DNA of 63,825 bases, the filler included, from Octopus bimaculoides (taxonomy: Eukaryota), in NCBI RefSeq assembly GCF_001194135.2. It is 8 parts of 7 records of this genome, joined end to end, with 100 filler letters (N's around TTAATTAATTAA, not from the genome) between each part and the next. Parts side by side here need not be neighbours in the genome. Positions count along the whole stretch, not along the records: positions 60,401 to 63,825 come from NC_068993.1; 7 more parts are not named here. One strand, 5' to 3'. The position numbers and the translations under genes were made by a program. Below are positions 63,181-63,825 of the stretch, in pieces; position 1 is the stretch's first letter, and each line of letters starts with the position of its first letter. The notes under the pieces were generated by a model. It made no database searches and had not been told where the DNA came from. It was given only the letters and a program-made list of their open reading frames with translations.

Positions 63181-63825
63181 CAAAGTTTGGTAGTGGTTAG
63201 CTGGCAGACTCTTGCTGAGGAGAAACAGGCATCATTTTGGCGTCCATTTCGAAACCATGGTATCAGGTTGATCAGCATTACTTGTGCTGATCTAGCAGAG
63301 GCAAGATAATTTTAATGTTCCCGGGAATTTTTTCCTGTCAGACTTGTATTAGATTTGTGACTATTCCGTGGCACAGAAGTATTTTTGACTTAGCGATTCA
63401 AGTACAAGTACTCATGTAGTGCCCTCATGTATATATGTATATAACTACATATCTTATATTGTATGTATATATTTTATCAATTTGCCTGTACGGCTGATAT
63501 TCGCTTGTCACTAGTGATGGTATTTCAATAGTACCATGGCTCCTATGTATGTATATATACCAAAAACGTGAGCGGGCAAGACATTTAAAATCACCTAGAT
63601 TGCAGATAATATTTCTGAATCACTTTGATTCTTTAGATGTGCTGGCCTCCTGATAATTATTCGATATTAATTAATATATGACTAATTACCAGATTTTATA
63701 ATAATATTTTACCCATTGCCCATGTTCTCATACTGAATATATACGACGCAGTAAATATTTTCTGCGGATATATTCCTGGAATTAGCGCGCCAAAACGAAG
63801 ACTTTTGAACTTTACCATTAAGCTG

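Noticed and set aside
63078-63278. LINLIPWFRNGRQNDAC as a further CTLD relic
   Set aside because: Only a few residues match, there is no WIG or ICE motif, and it overlaps the mariner terminus.

Overview
AT-rich, microsatellite- and transposon-dense animal genomic DNA with many assembly gaps, several carrying a TTAATTAATTAA six-frame-stop spacer. The SINE/RTE repertoire and repeat style resemble an octopus draft assembly (inference, not verified). Supported gene content: (i) the terminal exon of chaperonin CCT3 (12213-12323, +), whose upstream exons I could not find; (ii) two phase-compatible exons encoding one non-canonical C-type-lectin-like domain (44075-44275 and 47078-47290, +), followed by several possible decayed CTLD exon relics out to ~57.6 kb; (iii) a decayed Thr-rich mucin stalk + zona pellucida (ZP) domain pseudogene (~1300-2989, -). 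The rest is mobile DNA: three tRNA-derived SINE families (A, B, C), a fourth short repeat family (E), RTE, CR1/L2-like, CRE-like and R4/Dong-like (RLE) LINE fragments, mariner relics and fold-back MITEs. Most notable oddities: RLE retroelement fragments joined to (TACA)n arrays, an RTE copy with twin-priming-type 5' inversion, a 92-bp-arm near-perfect hairpin, a CRE-clade endonuclease fragment, and degenerate hammerhead-like cores in repeat tails. No CRISPR, rRNA or bona fide tRNA gene was seen. All protein assignments are by-eye motif recognition; no database search was run. Most TE boundaries are approximate.
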